Assembly: GCA_965243025.1 (NCBI GenBank)
Contig: CBDETY010000003.1
Span: forward strand, 4,128,001 to 4,192,000
Length of the DNA: 64,000 nucleotides
Reading direction: 5' to 3'
Origin: Candidatus Latescibacterota bacterium
GTDB taxonomy: Bacteria; Latescibacterota; UBA2968; UBA8231
Below are positions 38,684 through 48,550 of this stretch, piece by piece; position 1 is the first letter of the stretch, and each line of letters opens with the position of its first letter. The notes under the pieces were generated by a model that worked only from the letters and a program-made list of their open reading frames with translations, searched no databases and was not told where the DNA came from. A program made the position numbers and the translations under genes.

Positions 38684-40801
38684 GTGGCCACCGACCTGCG
38701 ACGCCCCGAATTCTACATCAACCGCGAGCTCTCCTGGCTCGATTTCAACCGCCGTGTCTTCGAAGAAGCGCGCGACCGGCGCAATCCCCTGCTGGAGCGC
38801 GTGCGCTTCCTCGGGATCGTCGCCGATATCCTCGACGAGTTCTTCGAGGTACGTGTCGCCGGCCTCCTGCAGCTGCGCGACACCGGGGCGGCGGTGAGCG
38901 GAGCCGACGGTCTCAACCCCGACGAGCAGCTGCAGGTGATCTCCGCCAAGGCGCACAAGCTGGTCCGCTCGCACTACGCCTGCTGGAACGAGGAGCTGCT
39001 ACCGGCGCTTTCCGACGAGGGGATCCACCTGCGGGAAGTCCATGACTTCACCGGTGAGCAGCGCGCCTTCATCCAGCGCTACTGGAAGGAAGAGCTGGAA
39101 CCGATCCTCACCCCGATCGCAATCGATCCGGCCCATCCCTTTCCACGCGTCCTCAACAAGGCTCTCTGCCACGGGGTGCTGCTGGAGTCCAACGGCACCA
39201 CCGCGATCGGCGTCGTCACCGTTCCGCGGGTCCTGCCGAGGATTCTTCGGCTGCCCGATACCGACCGCGATTCCGTGCACCTCGTGACTCTCGCCGGCAT
39301 CGTCGCCCACCATCTCAGCGAGCTTTTCGAGGGGTACGAGATGACCGGATGGGCGGCTTTTCGCGTCACCCGCAACAGCGAGCTCTACGTCAACGAGGAA
39401 GAGGCGGACAACCTCCTGGAGGAGATCGCCGAATCCCTGGAGAACCGCCGCAAGGGAGATCCGGTCCGCCTGGAGATCGAAGCGGGCGCCCCCGAGCGCC
39501 TGGTGACTTTCCTGAGGAGGCAGTTCGGGCTCGACGAAGACCAGGTCTACTTCGCCGACGGACCGGTGAATCTCAACCGCGTCGTCACCGTTTACGACGT
39601 CGTCAACCGGCCCGATCTCAAGTTCACCCCGTACACACCGGTCGAGCCCAACCTTCCCAGGGATCCCGACCAGTTCTTCGAGACCCTGCGCTCCCGCGAC
39701 ATCCTCCTCCACCATCCCTACGACTCCTTCAACACCGTCATCGATTTCATCGGCATGGCCGCCTCCGATCCCCGGGTGCTGGCGATCAAGCAGACGCTCT
39801 ACCGGACCGGTGAAGATTCCAAGGTCGTGCAGGCCCTCATCGACGCGGCGGAGCTGGGCAAGGAAGTGACCGCCCTGGTCGAGTTGAAGGCCCGCTTCGA
39901 CGAAAACTCCAACATCGAGTGGGCGAAGCGGCTCGAAGAGTGCGGCGTCCACGTCGTTTACGGGCTGCTCGGCATGAAGACGCACTGCAAGCTGTCGATG
40001 ATCGTCCGGCGGGACGAGGACCGGCTGCGGCGCTACGCCCACATGGGCACGGGGAACTACAACCACCAGACCGCCCGCTTCTACACCGACCTGGGGCTGC
40101 TGACGGCCCGCGAGGATCTCAACAGCGAGGTCGCCGAGGTGTTCAACCTGCTGACCGCCAAGTCGACGGAGAGGTTTCAGAAGCTGCTGGTCGCGCCGAC
40201 GACGCTGCTGAGCGGCATGGTCGAGCGCATTCAACGGGAAGCGGAGTTCGCCGGGCAGGGAAGGCCGGCCCGCATCATCGCCAAGATGAACGGACTCGTG
40301 GACCCGGAGATCATCCGCGAGCTCTACGCGGCCTCGATCGCCGGCGTCGAGATCGACCTGGTGGTCAGGGGAATCTGCTGCCTGCGCCCCGGCATGCTCG
40401 GCATCAGCGAGCACATCCGGGTGTACAGCATCATCGGGCGCTATCTCGAGCACAGCCGCGTGTTCTATTTCCACAACGGCGGCGACGCTGAGATCTGGGC
40501 GGGCAGCGCCGATTGGATGAACCGCAATCTCAGGGGACGGGTCGAGGTGGTCTTTCCGGTAGAGGACCCGGTGCTCAAGGAGCGCCTGTACAAGGAGCTG
40601 CAGCTCTGCCTGAGCGACCGCGTCAAGGCGCGGCTGTTGCAGTCCGATGGTTCCTACCTGCGCCTCGAACCGCTTCCCGGCGAGCAGGTTCTCAGTTTTC
40701 AGGATGCCCTGATGGACATCGCCCGGGGCGGCGAGGTGGAGGTTCCCGGCGGCGGCAAACCCTCCTCGGACGAGGAGGATTCAGACACCCGCGCCACCTG
40801 A
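38684..40801 (+). CDS. ppk1: Polyphosphate kinase 1
   Basis: INRELSWLDFNRRV, DPAHPFP, HHPYDSF, KTHCK, GTGNYN, RYLEHSR. Confidence 0.97.
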   Translation: MATDLRRPEFYINRELSWLDFNRRVFEEARDRRNPLLERVRFLGIVADILDEFFEVRVAGLLQLRDTGAAVSGADGLNPDEQLQVISAKAHKLVRSHYACWNEELLPALSDEGIHLREVHDFTGEQRAFIQRYWKEELEPILTPIAIDPAHPFPRVLNKALCHGVLLESNGTTAIGVVTVPRVLPRILRLPDTDRDSVHLVTLAGIVAHHLSELFEGYEMTGWAAFRVTRNSELYVNEEEADNLLEEIAESLENRRKGDPVRLEIEAGAPERLVTFLRRQFGLDEDQVYFADGPVNLNRVVTVYDVVNRPDLKFTPYTPVEPNLPRDPDQFFETLRSRDILLHHPYDSFNTVIDFIGMAASDPRVLAIKQTLYRTGEDSKVVQALIDAAELGKEVTALVELKARFDENSNIEWAKRLEECGVHVVYGLLGMKTHCKLSMIVRRDEDRLRRYAHMGTGNYNHQTARFYTDLGLLTAREDLNSEVAEVFNLLTAKSTERFQKLLVAPTTLLSGMVERIQREAEFAGQGRPARIIAKMNGLVDPEIIRELYAASIAGVEIDLVVRGICCLRPGMLGISEHIRVYSIIGRYLEHSRVFYFHNGGDAEIWAGSADWMNRNLRGRVEVVFPVEDPVLKERLYKELQLCLSDRVKARLLQSDGSYLRLEPLPGEQVLSFQDALMDIARGGEVEVPGGGKPSSDEEDSDTRAT

Positions 40802-40818
40802 CATCCCTCCCTTCAGAA

Positions 40819-41742
40819 CTACGACAGCTGCTCGACGTACTTCCTGGCGACCTTGCACACCATCGTGTAGGCGGGGTCGAAGACGTTCCCCACGTCGTAC
40901 TCCACCACCTGTCCGAGCAGCATGTGAACGGTGCGGGGGGCCATTCCGTAGTCCGTCTGAAGCCACTCGACGAGCTCGGTGGTCGCGTGTTGCAGCGCCT
41001 GGTCGAGGGGCCGGGCATTTCCGACCGCCATCAGGTATTCGTCGTTTTCCGCACGAGGCCAGCCGATCCGCTTGTCCTTGAGGAGATCCGCGGTGAAGGT
41101 GACGTCGAACGAGATCTCTATCCCCGTGCCGACGATCTCGCCGTCTCCCTGGACGGCGTGGCCGTCTCCCAGGTGAAACAGGGCGCCTTCGACGGCAACC
41201 GGGAAGTAGACCTTCACTCCCTGCCGGAACCCCCGGTAATCCATGTTGCCGCCGTGGGTATCCGAGGTGGCGCACGAGATCGCCTGCCGGCGCGGCGGGG
41301 CCACCCCGAAGCAGCCGATCATCGGGTCGAGGTCGAGCTCGATTCCCGTCAACGGCCCCTCGGGAGACATGAGCCGCGCCGTGCCCTTTTCCGTATCCAC
41401 CGCCCATTGGGCGGTACCGTCGCCGAGTCCGTCCCCGAACTGCGGAACGTAGCCGTGATCGAGAACGTTGGGGGCGATGCGCAGGCCGGTGAATCCCGTC
41501 GGCCTGTTGGGCTTCAGCTCGTCCAGGGTGATGACCAGGGTATCCCCGGGCTCGGCCCCGGTGATGTAGAAGGGGCCTGTCTGCGGGTTGCCGCGTTCGG
41601 TCACCGTCGCGCCGCTCGCGTCCCCGCCCCTGGCGTCGACGGTCGTCGTCGACACAGCGTCGCCCGGCGCGATTTCGAGAACCGGCTCGTGGCTCCCTAT
41701 GGCGGTGTGGTAATGGTCGGGGGTGAACTGATGATGGGCCAT
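40819..41742 (-). CDS. Acetamidase/formamidase family protein
   Basis: NPQTGPFYITGAEPGD, HGGNMD, GDGHAVQGDGE. Confidence 0.92.
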   Translation of the reverse strand: MAHHQFTPDHYHTAIGSHEPVLEIAPGDAVSTTTVDARGGDASGATVTERGNPQTGPFYITGAEPGDTLVITLDELKPNRPTGFTGLRIAPNVLDHGYVPQFGDGLGDGTAQWAVDTEKGTARLMSPEGPLTGIELDLDPMIGCFGVAPPRRQAISCATSDTHGGNMDYRGFRQGVKVYFPVAVEGALFHLGDGHAVQGDGEIVGTGIEISFDVTFTADLLKDKRIGWPRAENDEYLMAVGNARPLDQALQHATTELVEWLQTDYGMAPRTVHMLLGQVVEYDVGNVFDPAYTMVCKVARKYVEQLS

Positions 41743-41744
41743 TG

Positions 41745-42806
41745 CTAATCTCCCAGTGTGACCGGGGCTCCGGCCCGGCCCGATTCGTAAACGGCGTTGA
41801 TGATCTCCACGGCGTGGCGGGCGCTTGCCAGGGAAATCTCCGGGGAGCGGTCCTGGCGGATCGCCGCGACCATGTCGGCCACGATCCCCGTGTGACCGTC
41901 GAAGCTCGCCGCCATCGGATCGGCTGCTCCGCTTCCCCTGGCGGCCCCGGCTCCGAAGCGCCCGAGAAGCTCCGCCTCTTCAGCGCCCTCCGGGTCGTCG
42001 GCGGTTTTCCAGCTCACCAGCGTCCCCTCCTCCTTGACAATCGAACCGCGGTCGCCGTAGAGGGTGATGCGCTGATCGTAGCCGGGATAGCAGCAGGTCG
42101 TCGTGTAGAGGGTTCCCAGGGCGCCGTTGGCGAAACTCAACACCGCGGCTGCCTGGTCTTCGGCTTCGATGTCGTGGGCGAAGATGCCGAACCGCCCGAA
42201 CACGCTCTCGACCTTTCCGGCGAACCACTGCAGCAGGTCGACGGTGTGCACGCCCTGGTTCATCAGCGAACCCCCTCCGTCCATGCTCCAGGTGCCCTTC
42301 CACGAACCGTGGGCTCCTGCGTAGTACTCCCCGGCGCGGTACCAGGGCAGGTGTCCGTGGACACCGATCAGCCTGCCGAGCCTGCCCGAGGCGACCGCTT
42401 CGCGTATGCGGATGTTCAGCGCGTTGAAACGGGCCTGGAAGATCCCCGCGGCCTTGACGCCGTTCTCCTCGCAGGCGGCGATCATCGCGTCGATCCGCTC
42501 GACGGCGATGTCCGCCGGCTTTTCGACGATCAGGTGTTTTCCCGCTCTCGCCGCCGGAATCCCCAGCTTTGCGTGCGACCCGGAAGGGGTGGCGATGTTG
42601 ACGACCTCGACAGCCTGGTTCGCCAGGAAACTTCCGTAGTCGGTGTAGCCCCGGCATCCGAACTCCTCGGCGCCGGCTTCGAGACGCTTCTCGTCGGCGT
42701 CGCAGACAGCGACGAGCCTGGCCCCTTCCGCCCTGTCGATCGCGTTGCAGTGGTGGCGGCCCATACCCAGGCCCACAACCCCGAATCCAATCTCGCTTGC
42801 CATCAT
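41745..42806 (-). CDS. Gfo/Idh/MocA oxidoreductase
   Basis: GVVGLGMG, KHLIVEKP, DGGGSLMNQGVHTVD. Confidence 0.92.
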   Translation of the reverse strand: MMASEIGFGVVGLGMGRHHCNAIDRAEGARLVAVCDADEKRLEAGAEEFGCRGYTDYGSFLANQAVEVVNIATPSGSHAKLGIPAARAGKHLIVEKPADIAVERIDAMIAACEENGVKAAGIFQARFNALNIRIREAVASGRLGRLIGVHGHLPWYRAGEYYAGAHGSWKGTWSMDGGGSLMNQGVHTVDLLQWFAGKVESVFGRFGIFAHDIEAEDQAAAVLSFANGALGTLYTTTCCYPGYDQRITLYGDRGSIVKEEGTLVSWKTADDPEGAEEAELLGRFGAGAARGSGAADPMAASFDGHTGIVADMVAAIRQDRSPEISLASARHAVEIINAVYESGRAGAPVTLGD

Positions 42807-43067
42807 TTCTCCTGAGGAACAGACGAAACTCCACAGCCGCCCGGCTGCGTCGAGGAGGAGGAGTTAGTATAGAGGGATCTTTCCGCGTTTGAAAGCCGGA
42901 AGAATCGACCCTTCCGGCCACCGTTTGCCGGCAGCTGTCGACGAGTTTGCCGGTGTAAATGCGAGGCCTCGCATCGTAGCGTGGCACCGGGGCGTACGCT
43001 ATATTCACCCTGCATTTTCTCATGCCCCTGCGGCAAATCCACACCTAGGCGCGAAGGTCGGACAGAG

Positions 43068-43847
43068 ATGAAATACGACATCGGTGACCTGTTGAACAGT
43101 TGGCCCTTCGATCCCGATGAGTTCATCGCGCGCAGGATAATCGCCAGAGACGGCACGGAAAAAATCCAGATCCGGATCGACATGGGCATGCTTCAGCTCG
43201 AGGTTTCCGGACGTCCGGACGGCCAGCGGCCGTTCGGCGCCGCCTCCCTTCTCGAACATTACGAAAGCAGTGCCGGCAAAGGGGCCGTTCCAGGCTACCC
43301 CGAGCTGGATGACGAGGCCTGCGAAGAACTGTTTCAGGAGGCTTGGCAGTACTACCAGCGCTATCTCAGTCTCTTCTACCTCGAAGATTACGCCGGGGTC
43401 ATCGAGGACACGGGGCACAACCTCGATATCTTCGACCTTGTCCAGCAGCGGGCGGCCAGCGACGAGGTCAAGTGGTACTTCGAGCAGTACTACCCGCACG
43501 CCATCATGATGCAGGCCAGGGCCAAGGCGATGCAGGCCCTCGACAAGGAGGATTACCGCTCCGCCCTGCGCGAGGTCGAAAACGGAATCGAGCGCATCGA
43601 GGGGTTCCTTGCCGAGTGGGAGGGCGAGACGATCGAAGAGGACTTCCCCGAGCTCTCCTTCCTCCGCGAATGGCACGAAGAGCTCGAGAAGGAACGCCCG
43701 CTCTCGCATCGTGAACAGCTCGAGAGGGATCTCAGCGTAGCGGTAGAGGCGGAAAACTTCGAAGAGGCGGCGCGCCTGCGGGACAAGCTGCGCACCATGC
43801 GGCCCTTCCTCAAGGGCCCGAGCGCCGAGCGCTCCAGCCTGACCTGA
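43068..43847 (+). CDS. Conserved protein with C-terminal UvrB/UvrC coiled-coil motif
   Basis: QIRIDMGMLQLEVSGRPDGQRPFG; AVEAENFEEAARLRD. Confidence 0.8.
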   Translation: MKYDIGDLLNSWPFDPDEFIARRIIARDGTEKIQIRIDMGMLQLEVSGRPDGQRPFGAASLLEHYESSAGKGAVPGYPELDDEACEELFQEAWQYYQRYLSLFYLEDYAGVIEDTGHNLDIFDLVQQRAASDEVKWYFEQYYPHAIMMQARAKAMQALDKEDYRSALREVENGIERIEGFLAEWEGETIEEDFPELSFLREWHEELEKERPLSHREQLERDLSVAVEAENFEEAARLRDKLRTMRPFLKGPSAERSSLT

Positions 43848-43860
43848 TTTCCGGGCCGGG

Positions 43861-44673
43861 CTACTTCAACCCCAGCACATCCCCCATATCGTACAGCCCG
43901 GCCGGCGCCGAGGCGGCGAAGCGCACCGCCCTGAGCGCCCCCAGCGCGAAGGAGTCGCGGCTGGTGGCGTGATGCCTGAGCTCGAGGTACTCCCCCGGCG
44001 CGCCGAAGTAGACCGAGTGATCGCCGGCGAGGTCGCCGAGACGGACGGCGTGCACTCCGATCTCCTTGCGGGTGCGCTCCCCGACCGCGCCCTGGCGGCC
44101 GTGGACGGCCACCTCGTCGAGCGAGCGGTTCAGGCCCTCGGCGGCCCGCTCCCCCAGGCGCAGGGCGGAGCCGCTCGGGGCGTCGGCCTTGTAGCGGTGG
44201 TGGGCCTCGACGACCTCGACGTCGTAGTCGTCGCCGAGGATGCGGGCCGCTTCCTCGACGAGCCGGAACAGCACGTTCATGGCGGTCGAAAAATTGGGGG
44301 CGAATACACAGGGAACCGGGGCGACGGCGCTCCTGAACTCGGACAACTCGGAAGCCGACATGCCCGTGGTGCCGGCTACCAGGGGGGTGCCGCTCCTTCC
44401 GCAGGCGGCCGCGGTCTCCACGGTTGCCCCGGGGGCGGTGAACGCCACCACGACCTCGGTCCCCTCGACGAGATCCTCGGCCCGGGATCCCACTTGCACA
44501 CCGACATCGGAAGCGCCGATGACGGCGCCGACGTCGTCGCCGATGCTCGGGTGATCGGGATGCTCCTTCGCTGCCGCGAGGGTCAGATCTTCGCTTTCGA
44601 GGACGAGGTGGGCCAAGCGCTGTCCCATCCGTCCGGCGACTCCGTCGACCGCTACCTTGATCATCTTCGGCAA
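43861..44673 (-). CDS. dapB: 4-hydroxy-tetrahydrodipicolinate reductase
   Basis: GRMG, GTTG, EAHHRYKADAPSGSA. Start is TTG 44673 or ATG 44664. Confidence 0.96.
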   Translation of the reverse strand: MPKMIKVAVDGVAGRMGQRLAHLVLESEDLTLAAAKEHPDHPSIGDDVGAVIGASDVGVQVGSRAEDLVEGTEVVVAFTAPGATVETAAACGRSGTPLVAGTTGMSASELSEFRSAVAPVPCVFAPNFSTAMNVLFRLVEEAARILGDDYDVEVVEAHHRYKADAPSGSALRLGERAAEGLNRSLDEVAVHGRQGAVGERTRKEIGVHAVRLGDLAGDHSVYFGAPGEYLELRHHATSRDSFALGALRAVRFAASAPAGLYDMGDVLGLK

Positions 44674-44697
44674 CCCTGTTTCAAGCTTCCAACCGTC

Positions 44698-45735
44698 TCA
44701 ATACGAGCTGTAGATCAACGACTCGTGAAGGGAGCTGTCGTGCAGCCTCGCCTCGACATCGACGCCGAAGAACTCGCCGACCGGGGCGAGCAGACCCGGG
44801 TCGTTCTCCCAGACCTGGCGCGCCGCGGCGACCACGACGTCGAGACCTGCGCGGGTGAGCTTTCCCAGAGGGGGGCGGCAGGGGCCGGCGGGCATGCCGA
44901 GGATGTTCATCAGCGTCTTGACCGGCAGGGGGTTGCGGAACTTGCACTGCACCGTCCCGTGCCCGGTCTGCTCGTCGACGGCGACCCCGACCATGCCGAA
45001 GAACGGCTGCATGTCGGCGGCCAGCCTGTCGGCCCCGGCGTGATCGCCTGACCCGAGAAGCCCGGTCATCCGCTGGACTCCTCCGGGGACCACGTTGGAC
45101 ATCACCGAGATCACACCCGCGGCCCCGATGTCTTCGCGCTTCATCATCTCGACCGTCTTGTCGTCGTCCCCGGAGAGGATATCGAAGCCGTCGCCGCACA
45201 GTCTCCGGGTCTTGGCCATGTTGTCGAAATCCCCCGTAGCTTCCTTGACCGCCGAGACGTTTTCGTACTGCCGCGACAGGATCGCGAGGTCCTCGGCGTG
45301 CATCATCGTTCCGGTGCGGCCAGGGATGATGTAGGGAATCACCTGAAGCTGGGGGTAATCCCTGGCCACGGGCTCGACGTACTCGCGGCGGATCTCGACG
45401 GAGCTGGGGCCGTTGTAGTACGGGTCTACCAGAAGCACCGCCTCGGCCCCGGCATGGGCGGCGTGGGAGGTCGCCTCCAGGGTCTCGCGGGTCGAGTTGC
45501 TGCCCGTACCGGCGACGGCGATGCAGCGGTCCCTGGTCTTGCTGCAGGTCCGCTCGACGACCTCGTTGTGCTCCTCCCACAGAAGGGTCGGGCTTTCGCC
45601 CGTGGTCCCCACGGCGATGATCCCCTGGATGCCGTTGTCGATCTGGAAATCGAGAAGGCGATCGAGTCCGTCGTAGTCGACACTGCCGTCTTCTTCCATC
45701 GGAGTGACAATTGCTGTGTACCCACCCTTGAACAT
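44698..45735 (-). CDS. dapA: 4-hydroxy-tetrahydrodipicolinate synthase (long variant)
   Basis: GTTGESPTL, GTGSNST, PYYN, VKEATG, ILSGDD; adjacent to dapB. Confidence 0.93.
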   Translation of the reverse strand: MFKGGYTAIVTPMEEDGSVDYDGLDRLLDFQIDNGIQGIIAVGTTGESPTLLWEEHNEVVERTCSKTRDRCIAVAGTGSNSTRETLEATSHAAHAGAEAVLLVDPYYNGPSSVEIRREYVEPVARDYPQLQVIPYIIPGRTGTMMHAEDLAILSRQYENVSAVKEATGDFDNMAKTRRLCGDGFDILSGDDDKTVEMMKREDIGAAGVISVMSNVVPGGVQRMTGLLGSGDHAGADRLAADMQPFFGMVGVAVDEQTGHGTVQCKFRNPLPVKTLMNILGMPAGPCRPPLGKLTRAGLDVVVAAARQVWENDPGLLAPVGEFFGVDVEARLHDSSLHESLIYSSY

Positions 45736-45846
45736 TTCCTGCACCTTTGCTTGCAATTTTGAGCTTGTGTTCCTTTGCGCCGCGGCGGCTTAATTAAGAA
45801 GCCCCTCTCTACCAGTGTCAACAAAACCCACAGCCAGGAGACGCCG

Positions 45847-47037
45847 GTGAAAACCGAGGTGACCATGCGCTACGGTTGCAATCCGCACCAGACACAGGCG
45901 CGCTGTCACCTGCCGGGCGCAGAGCTGCCCCTCGAGGTGTTGAACGACGCCCCGAGCTACATCAACCTGATGGACGCCCTCAACTCCTGGCAGCTGGTCA
46001 GCGAGCTCAGGAGGGCGACCGGCCTGCCGGCAGCGGCATCCTTCAAGCATGTCAGTCCGGCCGGGGCGGCGGTGGGAATCCCGTTGCCGGAACCGCTGCG
46101 CGGCGCCCTGTTCGTACCGCGGGGTTTCCGTTTGACCCCGCTGGCCTGCGCCTACGCCCGGGCCCGCGGCGCCGACCGCCTCGCCTCGTACGGGGACTGG
46201 ATCGCCCTAAGCGACCCGGTCGACGCCGCCACCGCGGAGCTGATCCGCGTCGAGGTATCGGACGGGGTTGTCGCACCGGACTACGACCCCGAAGCCCTCG
46301 CCATCCTTCAAAAGAAAAGGGGCGGAAGCTACAAGGTTCTGCGCATCGACCCGGGGTATCAGCCCGGGCCGATGGAGACCCGGCAGATATTCGGTCTGTC
46401 GATGGAACAACGCCGCAACGACTTCGTCCCCGGCGAGGATTTCCTGAGCAACGTGGTGACGCGGCGCCGCGGCCTGAGCGAAAGCGCGGTGCGAGACCTG
46501 ATCGTCGCCACCGTCGCCGTCAAGTACACTCAGTCGAATTCCGTCTGTCTCGCCAGGGAGGGGCAGGTTATCGGAGCGGGGGCCGGCCAGCAGTCGCGCA
46601 TTCACTGCGTTCGGCTGGCCGCGGGAAAGGCGGACAACTGGTACCTGCGCCAGCATCCCCGCGTGCTGGACCTGCAGTTTCGCAGGGGTATCGGGCGCCC
46701 GGAGCGCGACAACGCCGTCGACCTGTTCCTTCAGGACGAGTTGGCGCAGGGAACGCTTTCTGCGGCCGAGGGCCGTTCCTGGGAACGCAGCTTCAGCAGG
46801 GTCCCCGAGCCGCTGTCGGGCGGGGAAAAACGGGAATGGCTGGCGGGATTGAAGGGGGTGGCCCTGAGCTCGGACGCCTACTTCCCGTTCCGCGACAACA
46901 TCGACCGGGCAAGCCGCAGCGGCGTCGAGTTCATCGTGCAGACCGGGGGATCGGCCATGGACCGGGAAGTGACGGAAGCCGCCGATGACTGCGGAATGGT
47001 CATGGTCCACTCAGGCATCCGGCTGTTCCACCACTGA
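45847..47037 (+). CDS. Stand-alone AICAR formyltransferase (PurH C-terminal part only)
   Basis: MRYGCNPHQ, SFKHVSPAG, KYTQSNS, GQQSRIHC, SDAYFPFRD, RLFHH; no N-terminal IMP cyclohydrolase domain; SD AGGAG before GTG. Confidence 0.92.
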   Translation: MKTEVTMRYGCNPHQTQARCHLPGAELPLEVLNDAPSYINLMDALNSWQLVSELRRATGLPAAASFKHVSPAGAAVGIPLPEPLRGALFVPRGFRLTPLACAYARARGADRLASYGDWIALSDPVDAATAELIRVEVSDGVVAPDYDPEALAILQKKRGGSYKVLRIDPGYQPGPMETRQIFGLSMEQRRNDFVPGEDFLSNVVTRRRGLSESAVRDLIVATVAVKYTQSNSVCLAREGQVIGAGAGQQSRIHCVRLAAGKADNWYLRQHPRVLDLQFRRGIGRPERDNAVDLFLQDELAQGTLSAAEGRSWERSFSRVPEPLSGGEKREWLAGLKGVALSSDAYFPFRDNIDRASRSGVEFIVQTGGSAMDREVTEAADDCGMVMVHSGIRLFHH

Positions 47038-47041
47038 AGAA

Positions 47042-47815
47042 TCACAACGGCGCCAGCCAGCCGCCGTCGACGGGAAGGGCCACTCCCGTTATCCAGGCGG
47101 CGTCGTCGGAGGCGAGAAAGACGCAGGCCCGGCCGATGTCGCCGGGCAGGCCGAGCCGCGGCAGGGGGGTTTTTTCGCGGCACTCCTCTATCTGTTCGGG
47201 CGTCAGGTAATCCTGAATCGCGGTCTCGATGTATCCGGGACAGACCGCGTTGACGGTGATGCCGTCCGCCCCGACCTCCAGGGCGGTATCGCGGGTGAGG
47301 TTGACGACACCCGCCTTTGCCGGCGCGTAGGCGGGACCGCCGCCGCCGCCGAAAGCGTGCACCGATGCGATGTTGATGATTCGCCCGGCGCGGGATTTCC
47401 GCATGTGGGGCAGGACGTGCCTGGTGCCCAGGAAAACCCCCTTGAGATTGACGCCGATAATCCGCTCCCACTCCGCCACCGGGAGCTCCTCGCTGTTGCC
47501 GAGGGTGAAGATGCCGGCGTTGTTGACCAGGATGTCGACGCCGCCGAACTCCGATGCCGCGGCGGCCATCAGCTGCCGGACCTCCTCTTCCACCCCTACG
47601 TCGGCCTGGACAAACAGGCCCCTGGCGCCCAGCTTCTCCACCTCCTCCACGGTAGGGGTGGAGGTGTCCTGCTCGTGATACCTGCCCCGTTTCGGGGCCT
47701 CCTGAACGTCGGCGACGGCGACGTTGGCTCCCTCGCGGGCAAACTCGATGCACACCCCCCGCCCGATCCCTGAACTCCCCCCGGTTACGACTGCGGTGCG
47801 ACCCTCGAGAACCAT
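47042..47815 (-). CDS. Short-chain dehydrogenase/reductase
   Basis: TGGSSGIG, NNAG, YAPAK, NAVCPGYI. Confidence 0.93.
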   Translation of the reverse strand: MVLEGRTAVVTGGSSGIGRGVCIEFAREGANVAVADVQEAPKRGRYHEQDTSTPTVEEVEKLGARGLFVQADVGVEEEVRQLMAAAASEFGGVDILVNNAGIFTLGNSEELPVAEWERIIGVNLKGVFLGTRHVLPHMRKSRAGRIINIASVHAFGGGGGPAYAPAKAGVVNLTRDTALEVGADGITVNAVCPGYIETAIQDYLTPEQIEECREKTPLPRLGLPGDIGRACVFLASDDAAWITGVALPVDGGWLAPL

Positions 47816-47926
47816 CGCTTGCTCCTGTGTGCTGTTGCCGCTGTTCCGGTGATGTCTCGCTGCGAACCGGTTGTGCAAGGTAACCGGCTGCGGAAATCGG
47901 AGTCAACACGTCCTCTCTCGACCTCC

Positions 47927-48550
47927 ATGCTCTCTCCCCCTGCTCTGACCTGGCTCGCCCTGGCGACTCTCGCGGCCTCCACATCCGCCCAGCCACCGGG
48001 AGACGCCGGGGCCGACACCGCCGCCTACTACCAGCACCTGCGCCACATTCGCGCCGTCAAGGACAGCCTGCTGCGGGAGGAGGGCTCGCCGATTCCCGAA
48101 AGGGAACGAGGGTCGTTCGCGGGGCTGAGCTATTTCCCTCCCGAGGCCGGGTTCCTCGTCGAGGGAGACCTCCATCTCTACGGCCGCAGCCGACGGATTC
48201 TCAGCGCCACCAACACCGACTCCCTGCTCCCCGTGGTCCGCTACGGCCGCTTCGTCTCGGAGTTCTCCGGGAAGCGGTTCTGGCTCGAGATCTACCTGAC
48301 CGAGGCTACCGATGAGCTGGCCGTCTTCTTCACCGATCCCACCAACGGCGAGTCGACCTACGGCGGCGGACGGTACGTACCGGTTCATTGCGGAGAGGGG
48401 GGCCGCTGCGTCATCGATTTCAACGAGTCCTACAATCCGTACTGCGCCTACGACGAGCGCGCTTACATATGCCCGATGCCCCCGCCGCAGAACAACCTCC
48501 CCTTTGCGGTGACGGCGGGAGAAAGAGCCTACACCGGGCCCCCGCCCTGA
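47927..48550 (+). CDS. DUF1684 family protein, secreted
   Basis: Signal peptide; FTDPTNGESTYGGGRY, IDFNESYNPYCAY, CPMPPPQN. Confidence 0.88.
   Translation: MLSPPALTWLALATLAASTSAQPPGDAGADTAAYYQHLRHIRAVKDSLLREEGSPIPERERGSFAGLSYFPPEAGFLVEGDLHLYGRSRRILSATNTDSLLPVVRYGRFVSEFSGKRFWLEIYLTEATDELAVFFTDPTNGESTYGGGRYVPVHCGEGGRCVIDFNESYNPYCAYDERAYICPMPPPQNNLPFAVTAGERAYTGPPP

Noticed and set aside
45757-45846. ZTP riboswitch expected upstream of the purH-like gene
   Set aside because: Short divergent region without the GACTGGCG or CGCCTGGGCA elements.
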